Shown here one piece after another: positions 41,031-50,098 of a stretch of 64,000 nucleotides of DNA; within the stretch, counting starts at the first letter, position 1, and each line of letters opens with the position of its first letter. Position numbers and translations under genes: made by a program. The notes under the pieces were generated by a model, which saw nothing but the letters and a program-made list of their open reading frames with translations, had not been told where the DNA came from and made no database searches. This DNA comes from an uncultured Candidatus Rokubacteria bacterium (GTDB lineage Bacteria; Methylomirabilota; Methylomirabilia; Rokubacteriales; CSP1-6): the NCBI GenBank assembly GCA_963754315.1, contig CAVWFS010000018.1:544001-608000 (forward strand), read 5' to 3'.

Positions 41031-41065
41031 CCCCGGGGATCATCGATGGTGTCCGAGGCACGTCT

Positions 41066-41215
41066 CCGGGTCGCTTCCGAGCCGGCGCTGGGGGGCTAGG
41101 GGGGCCCTTTCGAGGCCCCCCGAAGGTGAAGCGTGCGAACGAGGAGCGTCCCGGGTTTCCCGGGTCGCTTCCGAGCCGGCCCTGGGGGGCTAGGGGGGCC
41201 CTTTCGGGGCCCCCC
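41066..41215. repeat. Two 56-bp direct repeats, each ending in a GC hairpin (REP-like)
   Basis: 41066-41121 and 41160-41215 are identical at 54/56 positions; hairpin GGGGGGCCC-TTTCG-(A/G)GGCCCCCC. Confidence 0.9.
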
Positions 41216-42863
41216 TTACAATCGACTCGACCGTGTACACCGCGAGACGTCCCGCGCGGTTCCTGACGGTCAGCTCGTGGCGTGGCAGATCCCTCGCGTC
41301 GAGGCCAGCCCACCGCGCGGCGTCTTCCGAGATCACCAGCTCGCAGTCGTACTCCTTGGTGAGCTGTTCGAGGCGGCTCGCGAGATTCACCGTGTCGCCG
41401 ACCGCGGTCAGATAGACTCCGGCGCCGTATCCCATGCGGCCGACCACGGCCGAGCCGACGTGGATCCCGATGCCGATCCGGAGCGGGGCTGGCAGCTCGT
41501 GCGCCAGCTCCCGGCTCAACTCACCGAGCGCCAGCACCAGATCACGCGAGGCCGCCAGGGCCTGGCGTGCTCCGGCCTCCGGGCCGGTGTCGAGCCCGAA
41601 GAGGGCCATGACCCCGTCACCTGTGAACTGGTTCGCAACGCCGCCCGCTTTCTCGATCGAGGTCCCGACCACCTCGAAGTAGCGGTTGAGCAGGAAGACG
41701 ACGTCGTAAGGGAGCTTGTGCTCGGCGATCCTGGTGAAGCCCCGCAGGTCGGCAAAAAGAACGGCGATCTCCTGCTCCAGCCCCGGCCGGTGGTCCGCCG
41801 CCACGATCCTACCTGGGGGCGGCATGGCAGGGAGCAGGGGAACGACGGCCACGTCGGTGTGCGGGCGCAGCTGGCAGGCAAGCCTCACGTTGGGCGGGGC
41901 ATTGACTCGCTGGAGCACGCGCGTTTCGGCGGCGCTCGGCGGAGGTAGCTTCTCGAGCCCGAGCCCGATCCGTACCCGGCACGTCGAACAGCGTCCGCGA
42001 CCGCCGCACACGGAGGCGTGGGGAACACCGGCGCCGCGGCTGGCCTCGAGCACCGTGAAGCCCCGCGTCACCTGGACGATCCGTCCGTCCGGATAGACGA
42101 CACGGATCGTCCGGCGGCGCGCATGAAGTGCCCGTATGGTACGGGCGAGCAGCACGACTCCGAGGGCGCCTGCATACCCGTGCAAGAAGCCGCGCTGGAT
42201 GCCTCCCAAGGTCGCGCGCTGGTCGGGGCCAGGTTGCCGGGTCTTCTGCAGTGTGGCCTGGGTCCAGCCCGGCGCGGCGGCCAGCCGTGAAACCTCGCGC
42301 GCCGCCTCAGCGAAGCCGAGCAGCGCGAGCGTCGGCATCAGCACGGCAATGCCGAAGAGCCACGTCACCGCTCGGGGATACCAGGAACGGAAGCGCAGCC
42401 AGTAATGGAGGCCGATGCATCCGTGAATCCAGGCGACGCTCAGGACCAGGGCCTGCTTGATACCCAACTCGGGACTGAGCTGCCCGTAGATGAGGAGTAT
42501 CCGAGCGTAGGGGTCGGCGGTGTCGAACATGACGTGAGCCACCCGCGTTCCCAGAACGTGACCGACCAGGAGCGGGGGAAGGCTGAGCCCCAGGGCGATC
42601 TGGATAGCTTGCCAGGGCGGCATGCGCAGGGTGCGACGCTCGTAGAGAAACCACAGGGCGAGGAGCCCATGGGTGGCCAGAGCGCCGTACAGCCCGACTG
42701 TCCCTACCGGGTTGCGCCAGATGCGAAGGAACCAATAGCGTCCCTCCTCCATCGCGGCAAGCGACACCAGGCCCAGGGCATGGTTCAGGAGGTGGGTCGA
42801 TACGAACGCGAACAGCACCAGACCTGCGCCGAGCCGGCACTGTCGAAACCATGACGGAGCCAC
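41190..42863 (-). CDS. CyaC-like class III adenylate cyclase (His-containing membrane domain + 2Fe-2S ferredoxin + cyclase)
   Basis: TM segments with conserved His; CGGRGRCSTC...RLAC; FADLRGFT, GDGVMALF, VGDTVNLASRLE. Confidence 0.9.
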   Translation of the reverse strand: MAPSWFRQCRLGAGLVLFAFVSTHLLNHALGLVSLAAMEEGRYWFLRIWRNPVGTVGLYGALATHGLLALWFLYERRTLRMPPWQAIQIALGLSLPPLLVGHVLGTRVAHVMFDTADPYARILLIYGQLSPELGIKQALVLSVAWIHGCIGLHYWLRFRSWYPRAVTWLFGIAVLMPTLALLGFAEAAREVSRLAAAPGWTQATLQKTRQPGPDQRATLGGIQRGFLHGYAGALGVVLLARTIRALHARRRTIRVVYPDGRIVQVTRGFTVLEASRGAGVPHASVCGGRGRCSTCRVRIGLGLEKLPPPSAAETRVLQRVNAPPNVRLACQLRPHTDVAVVPLLPAMPPPGRIVAADHRPGLEQEIAVLFADLRGFTRIAEHKLPYDVVFLLNRYFEVVGTSIEKAGGVANQFTGDGVMALFGLDTGPEAGARQALAASRDLVLALGELSRELAHELPAPLRIGIGIHVGSAVVGRMGYGAGVYLTAVGDTVNLASRLEQLTKEYDCELVISEDAARWAGLDARDLPRHELTVRNRAGRLAVYTVESIVRGAPKGPP

Positions 42864-42903
42864 GCTAGCCGCCCGATACTCGCGGCGGAGGCGACGTGAC
42901 CGC

Positions 42904-44280
42904 CTAGCCCTTCACGGCGGGCAACCCCCGCAGGGCTTCCTCGACTTTATCGGCCGGATACTCGTAGTCCTGGAGCTTTCCTGCCAGGTACGCCTCGTAG
43001 GCGCTCAAGTCAAGGTAGCCGTGACCACACAGGTTGAAGACGATCGTCTTTCTCTTGCCTTCAGCCTTGCAGCGCAGGGCCTCATCGATCGCACCGCGCA
43101 CGGCATGGGCCGCCTCGGGCGCGGGGAGGATGCCCTCCGCTTGGGCGAAGGTCAAGGCGGCCTGGAACGTGGCCAGTTGCGACACGGCCCTCGCCTCCAG
43201 CATCCCCTCGTCGTACAACTTGCAGATGAGCGGGGCCATGCCGTGATAGCGAAGGCCGCCTGCGTGCATGGGGGCGGGCACGAAGCTGTGGCCGAGGGTG
43301 TGCATTTTAACGAGCGGGGTGAGGCCGACCGTATCCCCGAAGTCGTACACGTACTTGCCCTTGGTGAGGCTCGGACACGCGCTCGGCTCGATGGCCACGA
43401 CCCGGAGCTTCTTGCGCTTCCCCCGCAGCTTGTCGGCTAGGAAGGGAAACGAGAAGCCTGCGAAGTTCGAGCCGCCCCCGATGCAGCCTACGACCACATC
43501 GGCTTCGGCGTCTGCCCGGTCGAGCTGCTTTTTCGTCTCCAGCCCGATCACCGTCTGGTGCATCAGAACGTGGTTCAACACGCTCCCCAGCGAATACTTG
43601 GTATCGTCGCGCTGAGCGGCGTCCTCCACCGCTTCGCTGATCGCGATACCGAGACTGCCCGGGGAGTCGGGATGCTGCTCGAGCACCTTCTTGCCGGAAG
43701 CGGTGTCGGGGCTGGGGCTAGCCACCACCTGGGCTCCCCACGACTCCATCAGAATGCGCCGGTAAGGCTTCTGCTGAAACGAGACCTTCACCATGTAGAT
43801 CTTGCATTGCAACCCGAACATCTGACACGCCATGGCCAGCGCGGATCCCCACTGTCCAGCGCCCGTCTCGGTGGTCAGGCGCTGGACACCTTCCTTCTTG
43901 TTGTAGAACACCTGCGCAACTGCCGTGTTCGGCTTGTGGCTGCCGGCGGGGCTCACGCCCTCGTACTTGTAGTAGATCCGCGCGGGTGTGTCGAGGGCCT
44001 TCTCTAGGCGTCGGGCCCGGTAGAGGGGCGTGGGCCGCCACAGCCGCAGGACGTCGCGCACCTCGTCTGGGATCTCGATCCAGCGCTCCTGGCTGACCTC
44101 CTGCTTGATCAGCTCCATGGGAAAGAGCGGAGCCAGATCGGCCGGTCCCAGAGGCTTGTGGGTGCCGGGGTGCAAGGGAGGAGGCAGCGGGCTTTTGAGG
44201 TCGGCCTGAATGTTGTACCACTTGGTCGGAATGTCCTTCTCACCCAGAAGGAACTTCACCTGATGCTTGTCGCTGCCCAT
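42904..44280 (-). CDS. trpB2: TrpB2 (TrpB-like PLP-dependent enzyme)
   Basis: [42 protein letters not shown]; no trpA adjacent. Confidence 0.93.
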   Translation of the reverse strand: MGSDKHQVKFLLGEKDIPTKWYNIQADLKSPLPPPLHPGTHKPLGPADLAPLFPMELIKQEVSQERWIEIPDEVRDVLRLWRPTPLYRARRLEKALDTPARIYYKYEGVSPAGSHKPNTAVAQVFYNKKEGVQRLTTETGAGQWGSALAMACQMFGLQCKIYMVKVSFQQKPYRRILMESWGAQVVASPSPDTASGKKVLEQHPDSPGSLGIAISEAVEDAAQRDDTKYSLGSVLNHVLMHQTVIGLETKKQLDRADAEADVVVGCIGGGSNFAGFSFPFLADKLRGKRKKLRVVAIEPSACPSLTKGKYVYDFGDTVGLTPLVKMHTLGHSFVPAPMHAGGLRYHGMAPLICKLYDEGMLEARAVSQLATFQAALTFAQAEGILPAPEAAHAVRGAIDEALRCKAEGKRKTIVFNLCGHGYLDLSAYEAYLAGKLQDYEYPADKVEEALRGLPAVKG

Positions 44281-44460
44281 GGCGGCCTCCTTCGGATCGA
44301 TGGAACGGAAAATCCCGCGCGGAATTGCGGTAACGATACCACGATCCGCGGCCGGGAGCGGTCCGCCACGGCCCCGATTGTCGACCGATCGAACAGCCCG
44401 GAGCGCTTTGACCGCGCAGGGCTTAGAATGAGCGAGACCTGACCGGCAAAGGAGTACACC

Positions 44461-45627
44461 ATGGCCCAGTCCTTGCGCCTCCCCCGTCTCGATGGGGCGA
44501 TCGTTTCCTACGCAGCAGGCACTCCGCAGGCGCTACCGTCGACGGCGACCGCCATCAAGAGCCGAATCGCCTACGCCGCCGTCCACGTGGTGGCGGACCC
44601 GCTCGCGCATGTCAACCCGACTCTCGAGTCAGCCGTAGACTGGGACGCGACGCTCGCGTATCGTCGCCATGTTTACGGCCTTGGGCTGGCGGTGGCTGAG
44701 GCCATGGATACCGCCCAACGCGGGATGGGCATGAGCTGGGAGACCACCAGGGAGCTCATCCGGCGCTCGCTCGACGACGCCCGGGGCACGGCCGGTGCGC
44801 GCATCGGCTGTGGTGTCAGCACGGACCAGCTCGCGTCGGCGGGTCCCTTCACCCTCGAGCAGGTCGAGGCGGCCTACGAAGAGCAGATCGAATGGGTCGA
44901 ACGTCATGGCGGTCAAGTCATCCTGATGGCCAGCCGCGCGCTGGCGGCGTGCGCGCGGGGGCCCGAGGACTACGTCCGTGTGTACGGAAAGCTGCTACGC
45001 CAGGTGAGCCGGCCCGTGATCATCCACTGGCTGGGCGACATGTTCGATCCCGCCCTGGAGGGGTACTGGGGATCTCCGAGTCTGGACGTGGCCATGGAGG
45101 TGCTGCTGGGTATCGTGCGTGAGCACGCGCCCAAGGTGGATGGAGTCAAGCTGTCCCTCCTCGACCAGAAGCGTGAGATCGTCATGCGCCGGCAATTTCC
45201 CCCTGGCGTACACATGTACAGTGGCGACGACTTCGACTATCCGACCACGATCCTGGGTGACGAGCACGGCTACAGTGACGCCTTGCTCGGGATCTTCGAC
45301 GTCATCGCGCCCGCCGCCTCCGCCGCTCTTCACGCCCTCGACGCCGGCAACCTCATCCGCTACGAGGAAATCCTGCGTCCGACCCTACCTCTGTCTCGCC
45401 ACCTCTTTGGTTCCCCCACGCGCTTTTACAAGACAGGGGTGGTGTTCATGGCGTATCTCAACGGTCACCAGGGACATTTCCGCATGGTGGGCGGTCTCGA
45501 GAGTGCCCGCTCGATCATCCATCTGGCCGAGATCTTCCGACTGGCCGATCAAGCGGGACTCCTGCGCGATCCCGACCTCGCCACCGAGCGGATGCGGCGC
45601 GTGCTGGCCGTGGCCGGCCTCGACTAA
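44461..45627 (+). CDS. DUF993 / DHDPS-like TIM-barrel protein
   Basis: [52 protein letters not shown]. Confidence 0.85.
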   Translation: MAQSLRLPRLDGAIVSYAAGTPQALPSTATAIKSRIAYAAVHVVADPLAHVNPTLESAVDWDATLAYRRHVYGLGLAVAEAMDTAQRGMGMSWETTRELIRRSLDDARGTAGARIGCGVSTDQLASAGPFTLEQVEAAYEEQIEWVERHGGQVILMASRALAACARGPEDYVRVYGKLLRQVSRPVIIHWLGDMFDPALEGYWGSPSLDVAMEVLLGIVREHAPKVDGVKLSLLDQKREIVMRRQFPPGVHMYSGDDFDYPTTILGDEHGYSDALLGIFDVIAPAASAALHALDAGNLIRYEEILRPTLPLSRHLFGSPTRFYKTGVVFMAYLNGHQGHFRMVGGLESARSIIHLAEIFRLADQAGLLRDPDLATERMRRVLAVAGLD

Positions 45628-46202
45628 CTGCCCCGTTCGATCACCCCGCACGCGAGCGGGGGCCCGCTGTTGCCGGCCGGATTGGTGTGCATGTCGTCGG
45701 CATTCGCGTGCACGACGAGGGCACTTCCGTCGGCATCAAAGAGAGACGCCGAGCCCTTCTCGAGGCTCACGCGTTTGATGGTGACCTCGAGGTGCCCGCG
45801 GCCGCTCGCGTCGACGGTGATGTTGGGCAGGTCTCCCACGTGGGGCCCGCGTGGGTTGGCGGTTCCGTGTTCGGCTCCGGTCGGGTTGAAGTGGCCGCGG
45901 GCGGAGTCGAAGGACGGCGGATCGCATCGCCCGACCTCGTGGATGTGTAGGGCCTTGTCACCCGGCGGCAGACCGTTAACGTCGAGAAGGAGACGAACCT
46001 CTCCACCGTCTTGCAGCAAGACGGCGGTCCCTACGACCCGTCCGTTTCCGTCCTTGAGGTGAGCAGCCGCCGATGGCGGGGGAGTGCTCATGAAGGGGAT
46101 GGGGACGTAGGGGTTGGGCATGTACGGCATTCGGCAGCCGACAAGCGGGAGCACGAAGGCGATGAGCAGGGCGGTAGAGTGAGGACGAATCACGTGGCTC
46201 AT
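45624..46202 (-). CDS. sodC: Cu/Zn superoxide dismutase lipoprotein
   Basis: LVGC lipobox; HIHE, GHFNP, H.GDLPN, VVHANADD, ACGVI. Confidence 0.88.
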   Translation of the reverse strand: MSHVIRPHSTALLIAFVLPLVGCRMPYMPNPYVPIPFMSTPPPSAAAHLKDGNGRVVGTAVLLQDGGEVRLLLDVNGLPPGDKALHIHEVGRCDPPSFDSARGHFNPTGAEHGTANPRGPHVGDLPNITVDASGRGHLEVTIKRVSLEKGSASLFDADGSALVVHANADDMHTNPAGNSGPPLACGVIERGS

Positions 46203-46885
46203 GGGTAGGGGAGTCGTTCCCCGCGCGCGTGCCAGGTCGGCTCCACGCCCCGGCGGAAGACCCTCACGCGCCCGCGCCCGTCCACGATGGCCGCCCCGTC
46301 CTCGATGCGAATCATCGTCTCTTCCTCGATCCCGAACACGGGGTTGGCGTTCACCGCGTGATACTCCCGGATCCGGTCGTCGCGCGTCTCACTACCGGCC
46401 GCCCGGAGCGGGTCGACCTCGAGATAGTGGGGGTTGATGTTGAACGGGACCAGGCCCAGCGCCTCGAAGCGGTCGAGGGCCACCACGTTCCAGTCGTTGG
46501 TGGTCAGGATCGTCGGCCCCGCCACGTTGGCGCCGGCACTGCTTCCCATGTAAGGCACGCCGTGGTGGACGCGCTCCCGGAGCGCGCCCAGCAGGTGGGA
46601 CGCCCGCAGGCGCTGCAAGAGCGCGTACGTGTTTCCGCCCCCCACGAAGATCGCCTCGACGGACTCCAGTGCCTTGATGGGATCCGTCTTCCAGTAGACG
46701 TGGGTGACCTCGAGGTCCAACGGGGCCAGAGCCTCGCGCACCCGCTCGCAGTAGAGACGCTCGTCGCCGAGGCTGGCCGCGCTCACGAAACCGACGTGCT
46801 GCCGGGGGGCCAGGAAGCGGGCCACGGTCTCACGACAATGCTCGAGCAGCGGTCGGCCCGAGTTGCTGATGAGTAGGATCCGCAT
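46199..46885 (-). CDS. pepE: Dipeptidase E (peptidase S51)
   Basis: MRILLISNS, VGGGNT, GSSAGAN, INPHY, ETRDDRIREY. Confidence 0.92.
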   Translation of the reverse strand: MRILLISNSGRPLLEHCRETVARFLAPRQHVGFVSAASLGDERLYCERVREALAPLDLEVTHVYWKTDPIKALESVEAIFVGGGNTYALLQRLRASHLLGALRERVHHGVPYMGSSAGANVAGPTILTTNDWNVVALDRFEALGLVPFNINPHYLEVDPLRAAGSETRDDRIREYHAVNANPVFGIEEETMIRIEDGAAIVDGRGRVRVFRRGVEPTWHARGERLPYP

Positions 46886-47421
46886 CAAAGGACGTGGAGA
46901 AGCGAGCGAGTGACGAGGGTCTCGCGCTGCCAGAAGCCACTCTCGGCGAGCCAGGCACGCGCCTGCTCGGCGTCCCCGCTGCGGACCAGGGCGAGCACGC
47001 CGCCGTCCTCGAAGAAGCCGCCAAAGGCGATGCGGCCCGCGCCACGCAATTCGATGAGGGCAAAGGGAGCGGCGGCCAGATCGGTCGTCGGCCCCTCGAC
47101 AAGGGTGGCCTGGCGCGAGCCATCGAGGACGATTGGTACCATCTCCCAGGGCTCTACGAACTGGCTGAAGCTGCGCGGCGTGTAGGCCGTCCACACGCCG
47201 CCTGTCCAGTAGGGGTCTTCCTCCAGTGCGTTCTTCACCTGCCAGGGCTGCTGGAGGCGGTAGAAAAGCTCGGCGGTCTTCCCGTCGGGCGCGGGTCCAC
47301 CCCCCACGAAGATTCCCGCCATGCGCAGCCCCTGCAGTCGTTCGAGATGCGCCCGGCGATGGGCTGTACGGCCCTGCAGATAGTCGTCAGCAGCGGTGAC
47401 GGCGATGTGATAGACGATCAC
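46885..47421 (-). CDS. YciI-like protein (apparently duplicated domain)
   Basis: RTAHRRAHLERL...GGPAPDG...EEDPYWTGGVW; GGAGG RBS before GTG 47421. Confidence 0.7.
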   Translation of the reverse strand: MIVYHIAVTAADDYLQGRTAHRRAHLERLQGLRMAGIFVGGGPAPDGKTAELFYRLQQPWQVKNALEEDPYWTGGVWTAYTPRSFSQFVEPWEMVPIVLDGSRQATLVEGPTTDLAAAPFALIELRGAGRIAFGGFFEDGGVLALVRSGDAEQARAWLAESGFWQRETLVTRSLLHVL

Positions 47422-47490
47422 GCGGTGATACACCTCCCGGAGCGCGCGGGTCTCGACGGCAGGATACCATCCCCCGTGCTACTGTGATTC

Positions 47491-50082
47491 GTGATGGAGA
47501 TCCTCGAGCGCTTTCGCTCGAAGTACCCCTTCCCGCTCGATGACTTCCAGGTGGAGGCGGCCCGGGCCATCATGGCTGGGCAATCCGTGATCGTCTCTGC
47601 CCCCACTGGCGCCGGCAAGACGCTGGTCGCGGAGTTCGCCATACAGGCTGCGCTGGAAGGCGGCCGGCGCGTAGCCTACACCACACCCCTCAAGGCCCTT
47701 TCCAACCAGAAGTTCGGAGATTTCACGCGGGCCTTCGGCGAGGAGGTTGTGGGGATCCTCACCGGCGATGTCAAGGTCAACCCGCGTGGTCGGCTCCTGG
47801 TCATGACCACGGAGATTCTCCGGAACATGTTCTACTCCGGCGGTCTGGCCGAGCTCGGCTACGTGGTGCTGGACGAGTGTCATTACATGGGCGACGAGGG
47901 ACGCGGCACCGTGTGGGAGGAGATCATCGTCAACGCGCCCCATGACGTCCAGCTGGTTGCGCTTTCGGCCACGGTGGCCAACGTGAAGGAGATCGCTGAC
48001 TGGATCTCCATCGTGCACGGCCCCATCACCGCCGTCTCCCATCCTCAGCGCCCCGTCCCTCTTGCGTATGCGGTGGCGGATCTAGCCGGCGACATCCACG
48101 ACATGGCCCGCGTGCGGGACGGGCGGGCTCGCCTCATCGGCGACGAATCGCGCGGCGCGGACGCCCGCGGTCGCTGGTACACGCGTCGGGTCGTCGATCC
48201 GGTGGTGCTCATCGAAGCGCTGGAGGGGCGCGGCTGGCTCCCGGCGATCTACTTCATCTTCAGCCGGGCCGGGTGCGAGCGCGCGGTCGATGATGTGCTC
48301 ACCGAGGGTCACAGCTTGTTGACTCGGGCCCAGCGCCAGGAGGTCGAGGTCGCTCTGCACGAGGCTCTCCGCGATACGCCGTCCCTCGGTGAGTCGCCGC
48401 TGAACCAAGGCATTCTGCGTGCGCTGGGCCTCGGGGTCGGGCTTCACCATGCAGGCATCCTCCCGACCCTCAAGCGAGTGATCGAGACGCTCTTCGAGCG
48501 GGGACTCTGTAAAGTGGTGTTCGCGACCGAGACCATGGCGCTCGGCATCCATATGCCGGCCCGGAGCGTAATCCTGCAGGGGTTGACCAAGCGTAGCGAG
48601 CGTGGGTTCCGCACGCTCTCCCACAACGAACTGACACAGATGGCGGGGCGGGCGGGCCGGCGGGGGATCGATAGCGAAGGGCAGTGCGTGATCGCCCTTG
48701 ACGTCCGGGATGGCGTGGAAGACATCTTGCGTGTCGTCGATGGCGCGCCAGAGCCTATCGAGAGCCAATTCAAGCTCGGGTACGGCTCGGCCGCCGTGCT
48801 GCTCGGAACAGGGGCGCCCCCGGAGGCATTACGCCGCCGCATCGAAGCGTCGTTTGGGCAGTATCAGAATTTGAAGCGGATCCGCGACGTTGAGCATGAA
48901 GTGGCCCGTCTCGAGAGTGCCCGCGAAGAGGCACAGCGCTACGAAGCCCCGTGCGGCCACTTCGAGCGTATCGGTCGCTACCGTCAAGCACGCCTAGAGG
49001 TCGAGCAGCACCGCCAAGCGCTCGGGCGGGGAGCACGCCGCGGCGAGCGGGGCCCGCTGGAGGCCGAGGCGGGACGTCTGGCCCTCGTGCGGCGCAAGGG
49101 AGCCCCTACCTTGGCCCTCATTCTCGGAGTTCACTCGATCCGTGGCCACCGGGCCATCGTCGATGCGCTGTTGCCGCACGGTGCGGTTATCCGCGTCAAG
49201 GCTGGAGTGATCAAGCGGATCTTCTGGGCCACCCCACCCCTGCACCTTCCGCTCGATCGGGGGCGGGAGGGTCGGGGACTGCGGCACCTCGCCCAGACGC
49301 TCTCCCAGCTCTCAGTGCCGGAGCTGATGGAACGCGAACGGGCGCGGGGTCCGGAGGCGAGCTTGTCCACCATCGAGTGCCATCGGTGCCCGTGGAGCGC
49401 GACGACGCGATGTGATCAGGCCTGGCGCCAGCTCGAGCAGACGGGCGAGCGCCTCGCGCGCGGCCGGCAGGCGCTGGAGGCGCTGCGGAGCGCCTATTGG
49501 CGGGAGTTCCTCAGTGTGGTGGAGGTGCTCGAGCAATTTGGTGCCGTCCACGAGGGAGCCCTGCAGTCGAAGGGGCGGCTCATCGCCGGCCTGCGCCACG
49601 ACAACGAGCTCCTGGTGGCGGAGGCGGTCGGACGTGGGATCTTCGCCGACGTGAACGTGGCGGAGGCGGCCGCTCTCTGTTCGGCCTTGCTCGAGGAGTC
49701 GCGCTCGGGCGATCCGAACATCGCACGGGGCTTTCTGCGTGCCCACCCGCGGCTCAGGAGGAAGCTCGAGCAACTCATTCCTCTGGCCGACACGGTGGCC
49801 GCCGCTCAGCGGGCCCACCATCTCGTGATCCCCGTGGGAGTCAACAGCGGATTCGTTCCTGCCGTCTTTCGGTGGACGTCCGGAGACGACGACTGGGCCG
49901 GAATCGTGGAGGCTTCATTCGGCGGTCACGAGGGCGACCTCATACGCGCCATGCGGCGCCTCATCGATCTGCTGCGTCAGCTGGCCGAATCCGACGAGGT
50001 GGCAGCGGAACTGAGCCGGCTCCTCGCGCAGGCGGCGCGGGTCGTCGACCGCGGGATCGTCCTCGAGTCGGCGCTGATATGA
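47491..50082 (+). CDS. Ski2/HelY-like DExH RNA helicase with DSHCT domain
   Basis: APTGAGKT, PLKALSNQK, LDECH, LSAT, QMAGRAGRRG, EGDLIRAMRRLIDLLRQL. Confidence 0.92.
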   Translation: MMEILERFRSKYPFPLDDFQVEAARAIMAGQSVIVSAPTGAGKTLVAEFAIQAALEGGRRVAYTTPLKALSNQKFGDFTRAFGEEVVGILTGDVKVNPRGRLLVMTTEILRNMFYSGGLAELGYVVLDECHYMGDEGRGTVWEEIIVNAPHDVQLVALSATVANVKEIADWISIVHGPITAVSHPQRPVPLAYAVADLAGDIHDMARVRDGRARLIGDESRGADARGRWYTRRVVDPVVLIEALEGRGWLPAIYFIFSRAGCERAVDDVLTEGHSLLTRAQRQEVEVALHEALRDTPSLGESPLNQGILRALGLGVGLHHAGILPTLKRVIETLFERGLCKVVFATETMALGIHMPARSVILQGLTKRSERGFRTLSHNELTQMAGRAGRRGIDSEGQCVIALDVRDGVEDILRVVDGAPEPIESQFKLGYGSAAVLLGTGAPPEALRRRIEASFGQYQNLKRIRDVEHEVARLESAREEAQRYEAPCGHFERIGRYRQARLEVEQHRQALGRGARRGERGPLEAEAGRLALVRRKGAPTLALILGVHSIRGHRAIVDALLPHGAVIRVKAGVIKRIFWATPPLHLPLDRGREGRGLRHLAQTLSQLSVPELMERERARGPEASLSTIECHRCPWSATTRCDQAWRQLEQTGERLARGRQALEALRSAYWREFLSVVEVLEQFGAVHEGALQSKGRLIAGLRHDNELLVAEAVGRGIFADVNVAEAAALCSALLEESRSGDPNIARGFLRAHPRLRRKLEQLIPLADTVAAAQRAHHLVIPVGVNSGFVPAVFRWTSGDDDWAGIVEASFGGHEGDLIRAMRRLIDLLRQLAESDEVAAELSRLLAQAARVVDRGIVLESALI

Positions 50083-50098
50083 TCGGTGGTCGACACCC

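Noticed and set aside
41066..41215. Mini CRISPR array
   Set aside because: Only two 56-bp units, too long for typical repeats, overlapping a CDS end, with no cas genes or AT-rich leader.
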